Source: Candidatus Bathyarchaeia archaeon (GTDB lineage Archaea; Thermoproteota; Bathyarchaeia; Bathyarchaeales; Bathycorpusculaceae). Taken from it: DNA of 33,216 bases. Positions 17,042 through 25,961 of the stretch are shown here, piece by piece. Location: contig JAVZNT010000012.1 of the NCBI GenBank assembly GCA_038882655.1, forward strand, positions 1-33,216, in the 5' to 3' direction. A program made the position numbers and the translations under genes. Every line of letters starts with the position of its first letter. Within the stretch, counting starts at the first letter, position 1. A model generated the notes under the pieces. The model was not told the DNA's origin, searched no databases, and saw nothing but the letters and a program-made list of their open reading frames with translations.

Positions 17042-18287
17042 GCCAGTAATAGACAACGCCAACAGCCAGTGTTGCAGCGCCCAAGATCCATGCTTGGGGC
17101 AAAACGAAAAACGTAAAAATTAAAAGAGTTATGCATGAAATTGTCCCTAGAAAAGGCACTATTTTTGGGTACATTCTATTATAAGCCTTTAGCCTTAAGG
17201 CTGAAATGTTAGCTAAAGCATAATAGAAGAGCAATGCGAAGTTGCTTATGGCTACAACCCTTGTTATGTCAACGAAAAGGACAAGCAGTGTCATGGCTAC
17301 GCCAACAATCCATATGGCTAAATATGGCGTGTTATATTTTGTATGAAGCCTACTCAAGGCTTGGGGTAAATCTTTTCTCCGCGCCATGGCGTATGCCATG
17401 CGGGAAACCCCCAAAACGGCTGTTAATAGAACGCTTGCTGTTGCAATTAAACCGCCAGCTGAAACCGTGTAGACCGCGAGGCTGTTTCCAGTGGCGCTCA
17501 TAGCCTCTGCAAGTGGCGAGTTTGAACCAGCAAGCCTTGAGGCATCCACAAGCCCAACAGCCACGAAACCCACTAAAATGTAAACCACTGTCGATATTGC
17601 CAGAGAAAGCATTATCGCCTTAGGCACATTTTTCCTAGCGTCCTTAACCTCTTCCGCCACTACGGCAACTCTTGCAAATCCTCCATAGGCAAAGAAAATG
17701 TAAAATGCGCTGGACAAAACCCCAACTTGAAAAGGATTAAAGGAGGCAAAATTTGAGGGGTTAACGTGGAAGAACCCGTAAATCATGAAGAATCCCAAAA
17801 TGGAAAGTTTAGCTGCCACAAGTATATTGTTCATAAGGGCTGATTGGCGTATTCCAAAATAGTTAAGCACTGTAAAGAGGAAGCAGAAAACAGCCGCCAC
17901 AATGTTTGGCGGTAATGCTGGGAAAAGGGCGCATAAATAGCTTGCAAAGCCTAGGGAGACAGCTGCACCAGCGAAGGTGTTGGATATAACCCACATCCAA
18001 CCAGTTAAGAAGCCGGCAAAAGGCGAAATCAGCTGATAAGAATACTCGTATATGCTTCCTTCTATGGGCTTCCAAGCTGTTAATTCGGCAAAACTCATAG
18101 CCGTAAGCGTAGACACGGCTGCTGCCAAAAGCATGGAAACAATCAAGGCTGGACCTGCAAAGCCAGCCGCTATGCCAGTCACAACGTATATACCAGCGCC
18201 AACTATGGCACCTATGCTTATAGCAGTGGCGTCATACAATCCCAGAGTGGGCTTAAGCTCTCCCCGTCTGGAATTGTCTTCAGCCAA
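17028..18287 (-). CDS. APC-family amino acid permease
   Basis: LK.TLGLYDA.AI.IGAIVGAGIY, AGPA, FAEL, FAYGGF, EEVKD..KNVPKAI, SRM.YAMAR and about 12 TM segments. TTG start with GGTGG SD. Confidence 0.93.
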   Translation of the reverse strand: MAEDNSRRGELKPTLGLYDATAISIGAIVGAGIYVVTGIAAGFAGPALIVSMLLAAAVSTLTAMSFAELTAWKPIEGSIYEYSYQLISPFAGFLTGWMWVISNTFAGAAVSLGFASYLCALFPALPPNIVAAVFCFLFTVLNYFGIRQSALMNNILVAAKLSILGFFMIYGFFHVNPSNFASFNPFQVGVLSSAFYIFFAYGGFARVAVVAEEVKDARKNVPKAIMLSLAISTVVYILVGFVAVGLVDASRLAGSNSPLAEAMSATGNSLAVYTVSAGGLIATASVLLTAVLGVSRMAYAMARRKDLPQALSRLHTKYNTPYLAIWIVGVAMTLLVLFVDITRVVAISNFALLFYYALANISALRLKAYNRMYPKIVPFLGTISCITLLIFTFFVLPQAWILGAATLAVGVVYYWLKKS

Positions 18288-18306
18288 AATTTACCACCAC
18301 TGTTTT

Positions 18307-21216
18307 CTAGGCGAAGGTTTTCAGGCGGCGCTCCTTGTCTTCCCAGAATTCCCTCGTCTTCAAGTATTGGATTTTCGCCTTTAAGAGATCCATGTAGAAT
18401 TTCTCCTCGCTGGGATGCATTTTTCCAAGGATCCTAAAGGCTGTTTCCGGTCCCACGCCTTTGACTTTTAGGGCTATTATTGCCTTTCTTCCATAGCTCA
18501 ATATTAGGTCGGCTGTGCGCCTTGCATGAGCCATCTCCTTAAGTTCATCCTCTGTTAAGCTTTTGCCCATACGCCTTTTACTCAATATTTCTTGGAGACG
18601 TTTCGCCTCTTGGCTTGGATAAAGCAGCGCCAAAAGCCCTGAACCACATTTTTCACATATTGGGTGTTCTGGCAATTCTTTAACCTTTTTTTCAGATGCC
18701 CTTCCACATTCAATGCACATTAGAACCGCCATCTTCGCTTCTATTACCCTTTTCATCTTTTCAATGTTGCTTAATAAGATGCGCTCTGAAGCCATAAGCT
18801 CTGAAATGTCGCCGTACTTTGCCAAAATGTGGTAGGCTAGTGGTGTTGGATTTTCAGCCCTATATAAAGTGCTAACTTTTATTTTTCCATCTTTAATGTT
18901 TTGCATGATTTCCTTAACCTTTTCCAAGTCAGCTTTTTCGAGTGTGGCTTCCCTTAAGGTCTCATCGTAGATGGGTGTTCCCTTGAAAATGGCTGGCAGT
19001 TGGCTCTGCCTCTTTGGACCCATGGTTTTTCCCCTTGGGAGGGCACCGAACCTTTCAGCCACAAACTTCATTTTGTAGGCGTATGGAAACTTTGCCTCCA
19101 AATAATCTTTGAAGGCTTCTTCAACTTGTTCATCGTTTAAGCTGAAAAGCGTTTCTGGCATTTTCTCAACTTCTCGGGGCAAGATTTTTCGCGGGGCCTC
19201 TATTAAGATGCGGTAGCCGTCATTCCACCAGCCAACAATAAGCTCTTTATCGGAAAGAATTGCGTCGAAAATGCCTCCGAGGGTGTTGTTTACAATCTCA
19301 CCGAAACATGCGTGCACCACCAAATACTTGTCAAACGCCTCAATGAGAATATGGTTATACGTTGGCAATGGGGCTCCTTGCTTTATGTGCTCCTCAATCT
19401 CCCTAACCGCCTCGTTTAGCATCTCTCTGTTTATGCTGAATTTTTCCGCAACCTTTTCCGCCACTACGTCAGCGTTCCCAAAAGCCTTCAATAGCTCGCC
19501 AATTTCTTGGCGGAGTCTTCCAGTTTCTTGGGCTAGGTTGAAGGAAACTGGCAGCATTTCGCCGTCCCATCCTGGTATTGCCGCGAACGGGTCTTCTGAT
19601 GGAACAACATAAACAGTGCCTGTTTCGTCTTCTATCTGGACTATGCGCCAAACTTTTCCGCGGACAATTATGTTCAAGCCTACACGTGCTTTTAAAGCCA
19701 TAAACTCGTCGCCCAGTGTGCCAATTCGTCTATCTGTTAGGATGTTTATTATTGGATAGCGTCTCTCATCTGGAATCATTGAGAGGTTCTCGTAATAGTA
19801 TTTCCTTGTCTTCCGCGTTTTCCTCAAAACCTTTTCTTCCTCGTTAAATTTTAATTGGTTAAGGTTGGCTAAAAAGTGTACCACTTCCAAAAGAGTTTGA
19901 TTGGTGAGACGCCTATATGGGTAGGCTCTTCTTAGAATAACCAAAAGCTCATCCATAGTAATGCTTTCCCTGTCCATGAGTATGCCAGCAACTTGGTGAG
20001 CTAAAACGTCCAAAGCGTTTTCATGGATTAAAACTGGCTCAATTCTGCCATTGTAGGCGTTTCTTACAGCAGCTAAAGACTCCAGCAAGTCGTCTGGGAA
20101 AGCCGTTAATATTACGCCTTCGGAGAGCATGTCTAAGCGGTGTCCGCTTCTGCCAACTCTTTGAATTAGGCTGCAAACTTGCCTCGGCGATAGGTACTGG
20201 ACGACTAGGTCTACGCTTCCAATGTCTATGCCAAGTTCCAATGTGCTCGTGCAAATTATAGCCTTCAAAACTCCAGCCTTAAAGTCATCCTCAATTTGGG
20301 TGCGTTCCTCTTTCGACAAGGAACCATGATGAACTGCTATGTCTCCCCTTCCAAGTTGAGTGAAGCGATGCCCTAGCATTTCCGCCACCGTTCTGCTGTT
20401 CACAAAGATAAGCGTGGACTTGTGGATGTCTACAAACTCGGCTATGCGCCTTATTCTGGCGGCGCCTTCAGGTGAAATGCCAATTTTTCCAGCCAACTCG
20501 TAATCAGCGTCAGTTGGTACAGGATTTTCAACAGTGTACTTATAGCCCTTCGAAAGTGAAGCCTGAACAACTTTTACGCCTCTATTTGTCCCAGCTATAA
20601 ATTGGGCAACCTGTTCTGAATTTCCAACGGTGGCTGATAAGCCTATCCTCTGAAACTCTTTGCCGACAATCTCGCATAGACGTTCAAGGGCCACTGTCAA
20701 TTGGGTTCCACGCTTACTGGAGGCAAGCTCATGCACCTCATCCATAACTACCCATTTAACATGTTTTAGGTGCTCCTTCATGCGTGCGCCTGGAAGAACC
20801 GCTTGAAGAGTTTCAGGAGTTGTAACAAGCATGTTGGGAGGCGAAACTGCTTGCTTTCTTCGTAGCCTCAGCTCTGTGTCGCCATGCCTAACCTCAATGG
20901 TCATGCCAAGCTTCGAAGACCAAAAGACTAGGCGCTTCAAAAGGTCGCGGTTCAAAGCTCTTAAAGGCGTAACATAAACAATTCCTATGCCCTTCTCGTT
21001 TCTATGCTGAATAAAATTTGAGAAAACTGGTAAAAGAACAGCCTCTGTTTTGCCACTTCCAGTCGGCGCAATCAAGAGGACGTTTTCTCCAGCTAAAATG
21101 TGGGGGATAGCCAAAACCTGTGGCAAGGTGGGCTTTAAAAAGCCAAGCTCAATTAATCCTTTCCGTATTGGCTTGGCAAGAAGCCTAAAAACGTCTGAGC
21201 TAGAAGCTTTCCCCAT
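18307..21216 (-). CDS. lhr: Lhr-family SF2 ATP-dependent helicase with a C-terminal Cys-rich motif
   Basis: Motifs APTGSGKTEA, TPLRALNRD, TTPETL, DEVHEL, GLSATVG, HHGSLS, TSTLELGIDIG, QRVGRSGH, LDVLAHQ, YYENLSMIPD and P.W.GE. The C-terminus carries CIEC...CEKC. Confidence 0.92.
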   Translation of the reverse strand: MGKASSSDVFRLLAKPIRKGLIELGFLKPTLPQVLAIPHILAGENVLLIAPTGSGKTEAVLLPVFSNFIQHRNEKGIGIVYVTPLRALNRDLLKRLVFWSSKLGMTIEVRHGDTELRLRRKQAVSPPNMLVTTPETLQAVLPGARMKEHLKHVKWVVMDEVHELASSKRGTQLTVALERLCEIVGKEFQRIGLSATVGNSEQVAQFIAGTNRGVKVVQASLSKGYKYTVENPVPTDADYELAGKIGISPEGAARIRRIAEFVDIHKSTLIFVNSRTVAEMLGHRFTQLGRGDIAVHHGSLSKEERTQIEDDFKAGVLKAIICTSTLELGIDIGSVDLVVQYLSPRQVCSLIQRVGRSGHRLDMLSEGVILTAFPDDLLESLAAVRNAYNGRIEPVLIHENALDVLAHQVAGILMDRESITMDELLVILRRAYPYRRLTNQTLLEVVHFLANLNQLKFNEEEKVLRKTRKTRKYYYENLSMIPDERRYPIINILTDRRIGTLGDEFMALKARVGLNIIVRGKVWRIVQIEDETGTVYVVPSEDPFAAIPGWDGEMLPVSFNLAQETGRLRQEIGELLKAFGNADVVAEKVAEKFSINREMLNEAVREIEEHIKQGAPLPTYNHILIEAFDKYLVVHACFGEIVNNTLGGIFDAILSDKELIVGWWNDGYRILIEAPRKILPREVEKMPETLFSLNDEQVEEAFKDYLEAKFPYAYKMKFVAERFGALPRGKTMGPKRQSQLPAIFKGTPIYDETLREATLEKADLEKVKEIMQNIKDGKIKVSTLYRAENPTPLAYHILAKYGDISELMASERILLSNIEKMKRVIEAKMAVLMCIECGRASEKKVKELPEHPICEKCGSGLLALLYPSQEAKRLQEILSKRRMGKSLTEDELKEMAHARRTADLILSYGRKAIIALKVKGVGPETAFRILGKMHPSEEKFYMDLLKAKIQYLKTREFWEDKERRLKTFA

Positions 21217-21343
21217 TATTTCGCCAACTATTGTTTTATCAAAAAAGCACTTATCCTTTACTAATCGCCAAACTTGAAGAAGAGTAATATGAAGGCGAAC
21301 CAGTACATTTATGATAAGAAACAGTTTACGTTGGAAACCAGTT

Positions 21344-21985
21344 ATGACTGAATGGAATCATATTCTGCGTCGTCCTGAATATGCCCCAGAAGAACCTGAC
21401 GAATTAATTATTAATATTACCAAATCGCTGAGGAAGCGTAAAGCTCTAAAAGTTCTCGATTTAGGTTGCGGTGCTGGCAGACACGTCGTTTACATGGCTA
21501 TGCAATTCTTCGAAGCCTATGGTGCAGATATATCTGAAACCGGCTTAAAAAAGACCAGAGAAAGGCTTAGAGCAAATGGCTTAAACGCGTTTCTGGTAAA
21601 GTGTGACATGAAACTGCCGCCCTTCATTGATTCCTGCTTTGATGTGGTCATATGCCTAAACACCATCTACCATCAGAGGTTTAAGGAGATGCAACAAACA
21701 ATAGGGGAAATTCATAGAATCCTAAAAAGCCGTGGGCTTTTCATGGTAAACTTCCACTCAAAAAGAAGCCACAGATACGGAAGTGGCATCAAAGTTGAGG
21801 AAAACACGTTTATGGACAAAAACGGTCCGGAAAAGGGCGTCCTCCACCATTTTGTAGATGAAGATGAGCTTAAACAGCTTTTCAGAAATTTTAGGATAAT
21901 TGAGAGACGGCTAAATGAACAGGTTGTGAAGGGCTATCTGAGAAGTCTCTGGGAAATTTTGGCGGAAAAATCTAAAGTTCACTAA
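21344..21985 (+). CDS. Class I SAM-dependent methyltransferase
   Basis: Motifs VLDLGCGAGRH, GADIS, CDM..PPF.DSCFDVV and EIHRILK..G. The start is either ATG 21344 or 21311. Confidence 0.9.
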   Translation: MTEWNHILRRPEYAPEEPDELIINITKSLRKRKALKVLDLGCGAGRHVVYMAMQFFEAYGADISETGLKKTRERLRANGLNAFLVKCDMKLPPFIDSCFDVVICLNTIYHQRFKEMQQTIGEIHRILKSRGLFMVNFHSKRSHRYGSGIKVEENTFMDKNGPEKGVLHHFVDEDELKQLFRNFRIIERRLNEQVVKGYLRSLWEILAEKSKVH

Positions 21986-22764
21986 AGTCTGAACAATAAA
22001 GTCTCTTTAAAGCTTCTTTCCTCGTTATAAGGAATTGACACTTCTTCTGTAAAGCCGCCATCAAAGAGCAAACCATGCAGCTCCTCATTTAAGGGCTCTT
22101 TTCTAGAACAAAAAATGACTTCACCTTTCGCGTTTTTCCATATGGTTAAGCCTCTAGTCCTTCCCTTGTGAAGGAAGTGTAATAACACCCGCCCTTTTTC
22201 AATTTGCAGGAGACTTACAGCGTTTGACCCCTTTATGATTGAGTAAAGCGTGTTTAAGGCTTCTTCTGGGCTGCCTTCCTCAAAAAGGAGTTCTTCAAAA
22301 AGGTGTGGTATAACCTCCGAATCTATAAGCTCAGCTCTTTCAGACTCAAAAAAGTGTTTTCCGCTGAACCTTTCCCTCATAGCCCTATAGTTTGTCACGT
22401 TTCCGTTATGGGCTGAAATCACCGTCAAGCCAGAAAAACACCTAGCAACATACGGTTGGGATGTTTCCCTAAAGTGGGCTGTTCCCATGAACCATGGGCT
22501 TGGTAGCCGTACATGTCCAATCAAAACCGCTGCTGTACCAAATTTGCAGGTTTTAGCCAAGTGCTCCACTGGTGAACCATCGACCTTTCCAACTTTCTCA
22601 AGCAAGATGGTTCCAGAACTTGTGAGAACAGCTATTCCGGCACCATAGCCCCCAACAGGCTTGGGCTCGTTTGTATACTGATGCTTCTCAAGTTTTTGTA
22701 GAACCCTTAAAGCCCTGACAATTTCTATCGACTTTTCCAATGCAAAGCCAAATATGCCGCACAA
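21982..22764 (-). CDS. Stand-alone class II glutamine amidotransferase (Ntn-hydrolase) domain protein
   Basis: N-terminal MCGIFG (Cys nucleophile), GAGIA, IGHVR, QPY, AHNG and DSE. There is no synthase domain. Confidence 0.82.
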   Translation of the reverse strand: MCGIFGFALEKSIEIVRALRVLQKLEKHQYTNEPKPVGGYGAGIAVLTSSGTILLEKVGKVDGSPVEHLAKTCKFGTAAVLIGHVRLPSPWFMGTAHFRETSQPYVARCFSGLTVISAHNGNVTNYRAMRERFSGKHFFESERAELIDSEVIPHLFEELLFEEGSPEEALNTLYSIIKGSNAVSLLQIEKGRVLLHFLHKGRTRGLTIWKNAKGEVIFCSRKEPLNEELHGLLFDGGFTEEVSIPYNEERSFKETLLFRL

Positions 22765-22923
22765 ATCTATCCCGTTTCATATCTCTAAGCCCTTTTAGCT
22801 TTTTAATTATTTGATTTTAACAAAAGTGGTTCTGCATAATTAGTAATACTATACGTTTTACTGACCGAAAAATTAATAAAAAAATCTAAAATTAAAAATT
22901 TTATTGGAGAGGAGGAATCCCTT

Positions 22924-25326
22924 ATGGAGAATTTTACAAAGTTAAAGATCTTCATAATGCTGGCAATTCTCAGCGGCATGTCTATAACTTTTCCAGCGTC
23001 TTATATGCATTGGGAAGCAACACAGCTATTATCCAATAAGGTATACGCCTCACAACCTCCAGTTGATAACAGCACATTATATGTTGGCAAGCTATCTTGG
23101 ACTCCGCTAAAAGCTGATCCGATCACAGCAAGTGACCTAAACAGCCGTGAATTGATTTTTAATGTTTACAATACATTGATCTTTATGAAGGGCGATAAAT
23201 ACTTTGAATTTATTCCTTGTTTGGCATTGAATGTCCCTGGCAGAGAGGAGGAAACCATAATAGATGTAACGAAAACCGTAGAGTCTTTTGATTGCAATCC
23301 AAGCAATCCTATCGGTTCTCACTGGAATGATAGTTCCGTTTGCATTGGATGGGTTGACAATCACGCAAATAAAAGGCTAGATGCATACGATGTTCTCTAC
23401 ATGATCGAGCCTGATGGTTCCTATAGAACATGGTTTGTACAATCCTATTCAGGTCCAGAGCTGCCAATAATCGTGACATTATTAAGACAACAATGGATAT
23501 TCCACCTTCAAATGGAAACAATCTATTTCGTTGATGAAGCTGGCAGCATTGTAGACGCTTTTAACATTATGGACGTGGAATATTCACTTAAACGCGGTCT
23601 CGTTCAAGATCCAGTTAACGGTCCAATGTGGATGTTCTATAGGCCACTCTTCGATCAGTCTAGTAGTGATCCATGGGATACCGGAAATCCGAGAGACGCA
23701 TACAATTTAGCACACTTAATCGATAATGCAATAGAAGTGATTGCTCTGCCACCAGGAGCTGATATAATAATCAATCTTGGGATACCGTTTCCCGAGATGG
23801 CTTTTAAACAAATATTAAGCAATACATGGGCGAGCATAGTAAGTAAGGAATTTTCGGTGAGCATTGGATGTTGGGATGGAGACTTATACAGTGATGTAAA
23901 TCCTCAAAATGGCTATCCAGACTGGTGGGACAACGTAAGACGTAGACCTTCGCCATACGATGCCAACCACCGCTACGTTGGAACAGGCCCGTATACGGTG
24001 TCAATCATAGATACAATAAATCGTGTAGTGGAGATGGCAAAGAACCCGCACTATTGGGGTTTTAATCCATCGCCAAATGTTCCCGGAGGCAGACTTGAAA
24101 GAATTAAGTTGGTTTATGGAGCTTCTTTAGAAGATTTCTTGAATGGAGATTTAGATATATGGCCTCAGCCAATAAGCAACCCGCCACCAGGAATAATTGT
24201 GTTCCCGGCCAGATATTTCTCCAAACCGTTTCTGTTGGATTCGCTTCACTACGTCTTCACAGTTAATCCTCTAAGTCCACTCTGTCCAAGATTAGGGTCG
24301 GTGGCAGGTCCAATATTGCCAACATTTTTCAACAACACTCACGTAAGGAAAGCATTCTGCTACACAATCGACCGGTCAGAGTACATAACGCAAGCCTATA
24401 ACGGAAATGCAATTCTTCGAAACAATTTCTTTATTTACTACTTATGCCCAGACTACTATAACCCAGCCATTCCAGGCTACTATAAAAGTTTTGAAAAAGC
24501 CAAAGAGGAGCTCCAAAGCGCAATATTCCAGGGGCAAAATTTGTGGGATGCTGGTTTCTGGGTGGGAATAGCCTATAACACTGGCAATGAACGAAGAAGG
24601 CTAATATGTGAAATGATAAAGGAATTCTTTAGAGAACTGGCTATTTGGGGAGGATGGCCAGAAAACCACTTTGAAATTCAAATCTTTGAAGTTGACTGGT
24701 CAACATACTTGGAAATGTGGGAAAACTTTGAATTGCCGCTTTGGACAATTATTTACGATGTTGATATAACCTTTTCCGACGCCGACTTGTTTGCCCGTCC
24801 CTACATGCACAGTAGTAGCTTTATTGTCTTCTACCAGAATTATACGGCACAAAACGGATGGGGAACTCGCAAAGATGAGATAATAGATATTGCTTCTAAA
24901 ACACAAGACAATCTTAGGAGAGCAGCCCTTTATACTGAGCTTCAAGGGATATACTACAATGATGCCCCAAGCCTACCATTAGCACAACCCTTGCTTGGCG
25001 GTAGATCAATGTGGTATTGGGTCCGAGGCTGGTACTTCAATGTGCTATACCCAGCCGACTTTTATTACGCAATGTTGAAAATGCAGACATGCTGGTGTGA
25101 CATATCTGGACCTATACCCGGCGTTCCAGATGGTGTGACCAATGCAAGAGACATAACATATCTAATACTACACTTCGGTGCAAGACCCCCTGTTTGCGGA
25201 GTCCAAGACCCTAGGTGGGTTGGCACTTACGGCTATGGAGCAGTAGACCTCTACACAGACCGCGTCTGCAACGCCAGAGACGTAACATTAGCTGTGCTTC
25301 ACTTTGGACATACCACACAACCCTAA
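22924..25326 (+). CDS. ABC transporter family-5 (Opp/Dpp-like) solute-binding protein with a C-terminal dockerin-like module
   Basis: Signal or anchor sequence, then DP..A.D..S.ELIFNVYNTL, DVEYSL.R, GTGPY, N..YW, F.N.HVRKAF.Y.IDR, KAKEEL, YNTGNERR and R...Y.ELQ. The tail has two D.(x)n.D....A.D.....LHFG repeats. GGAGG SD. Confidence 0.87.
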   Translation: MENFTKLKIFIMLAILSGMSITFPASYMHWEATQLLSNKVYASQPPVDNSTLYVGKLSWTPLKADPITASDLNSRELIFNVYNTLIFMKGDKYFEFIPCLALNVPGREEETIIDVTKTVESFDCNPSNPIGSHWNDSSVCIGWVDNHANKRLDAYDVLYMIEPDGSYRTWFVQSYSGPELPIIVTLLRQQWIFHLQMETIYFVDEAGSIVDAFNIMDVEYSLKRGLVQDPVNGPMWMFYRPLFDQSSSDPWDTGNPRDAYNLAHLIDNAIEVIALPPGADIIINLGIPFPEMAFKQILSNTWASIVSKEFSVSIGCWDGDLYSDVNPQNGYPDWWDNVRRRPSPYDANHRYVGTGPYTVSIIDTINRVVEMAKNPHYWGFNPSPNVPGGRLERIKLVYGASLEDFLNGDLDIWPQPISNPPPGIIVFPARYFSKPFLLDSLHYVFTVNPLSPLCPRLGSVAGPILPTFFNNTHVRKAFCYTIDRSEYITQAYNGNAILRNNFFIYYLCPDYYNPAIPGYYKSFEKAKEELQSAIFQGQNLWDAGFWVGIAYNTGNERRRLICEMIKEFFRELAIWGGWPENHFEIQIFEVDWSTYLEMWENFELPLWTIIYDVDITFSDADLFARPYMHSSSFIVFYQNYTAQNGWGTRKDEIIDIASKTQDNLRRAALYTELQGIYYNDAPSLPLAQPLLGGRSMWYWVRGWYFNVLYPADFYYAMLKMQTCWCDISGPIPGVPDGVTNARDITYLILHFGARPPVCGVQDPRWVGTYGYGAVDLYTDRVCNARDVTLAVLHFGHTTQP

Positions 25327-25330
25327 CCCA

Positions 25331-25340
25331 CTCTTTTTTC
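25331..25340 (+). terminator. Oligo-T tract after the solute-binding protein gene (candidate archaeal terminator)
   Basis: CTCTTTTTTC begins 4 nt after the stop codon. Confidence 0.4.
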
Positions 25341-25354
25341 TGATTCTAAGCTTT

Positions 25355-25371
25355 GAAAGGCATATATAAAA
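25355..25371 (+). promoter_or_regulatory. BRE/TATA promoter of the C/D sRNA
   Basis: Purine-rich GAAAGG followed by CATATATAAAA, about 20-25 nt upstream of the sRNA 5' stem. Confidence 0.6.
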
Positions 25372-25386
25372 TGTCGTTATTGTTAT

Positions 25387-25453
25387 TTTTGGACGATGAA
25401 GAAATCGAGGTACGATGATTTGATGATTGCTTTTTCCGCTCCTGAGTCCAAAA
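25387..25453 (+). ncRNA. Box C/D methylation-guide sRNA
   Basis: 8-bp terminal stem TTTTGGAC/GTCCAAAA; C box ATGAAGA (25396-25402); 12-nt guide; D' ATGA (25415-18); C' TGATGA (25421-26); 15-nt guide; D box CTGA (25442-45). A TATA box lies upstream. Confidence 0.88.
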
Positions 25454-25518
25454 TAAAGGCTATGGAAGCAGCTAACAATTCGCTGAAAGGGTAAAAAGGT
25501 GAACGGAAGTTTGGAAAA

Positions 25519-25734
25519 CTATGTTTCTCTTGGTCCTGTGATGTAGGCCCATATGCTAACTATTATGAGTGTTAGGAAGGCACCTGTTAGTCCTGCAAGG
25601 ATGTATTTACTGAATAGAACTGGTAGTATAGCTGCAAGCGCTGGGATAACGTACTCTATCGTTAGTTCAGCTACGATTCCCGCGAAGAATCCGAGGATTG
25701 CGACAAACACGAATACCTTTAATCTTTCGCCCAT
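25519..25734 (-). CDS. Small two-TM membrane protein, divergent from the cdv locus
   Basis: MGERLK followed by two hydrophobic helices. The AGGTGG SD favours ATG 25734 over GTG 25743. Confidence 0.7.
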   Translation of the reverse strand: MGERLKVFVFVAILGFFAGIVAELTIEYVIPALAAILPVLFSKYILAGLTGAFLTLIIVSIWAYITGPRET

Positions 25735-25961
25735 CTTTTCCACCTAGCCTAGAATTGAATTATAAGCCTCTTTTTAGTCTAACTTACACTTTTTTGTCTA
25801 TTTCCGAGAAAGCAGCAAAGAGTTCTTTTCACTGGAAAATTAAAGCTCAAAACGGTTTCAGCCGGCACATATAGCTCTACATATATACGTGGATAATGCG
25901 GGCATATTAAGAATGTATAAAGATTTGCCAGCCCCTTTAGCCTCTCTTGGAGGAATCAAGC

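Noticed and set aside
11996-21216. Lhr-metallophosphoesterase DNA-repair pair
   Set aside because: The phosphoesterase is YfcE/MJ0936-type and lies about 6 kb from lhr with unrelated genes between them, so nothing supports a linkage.
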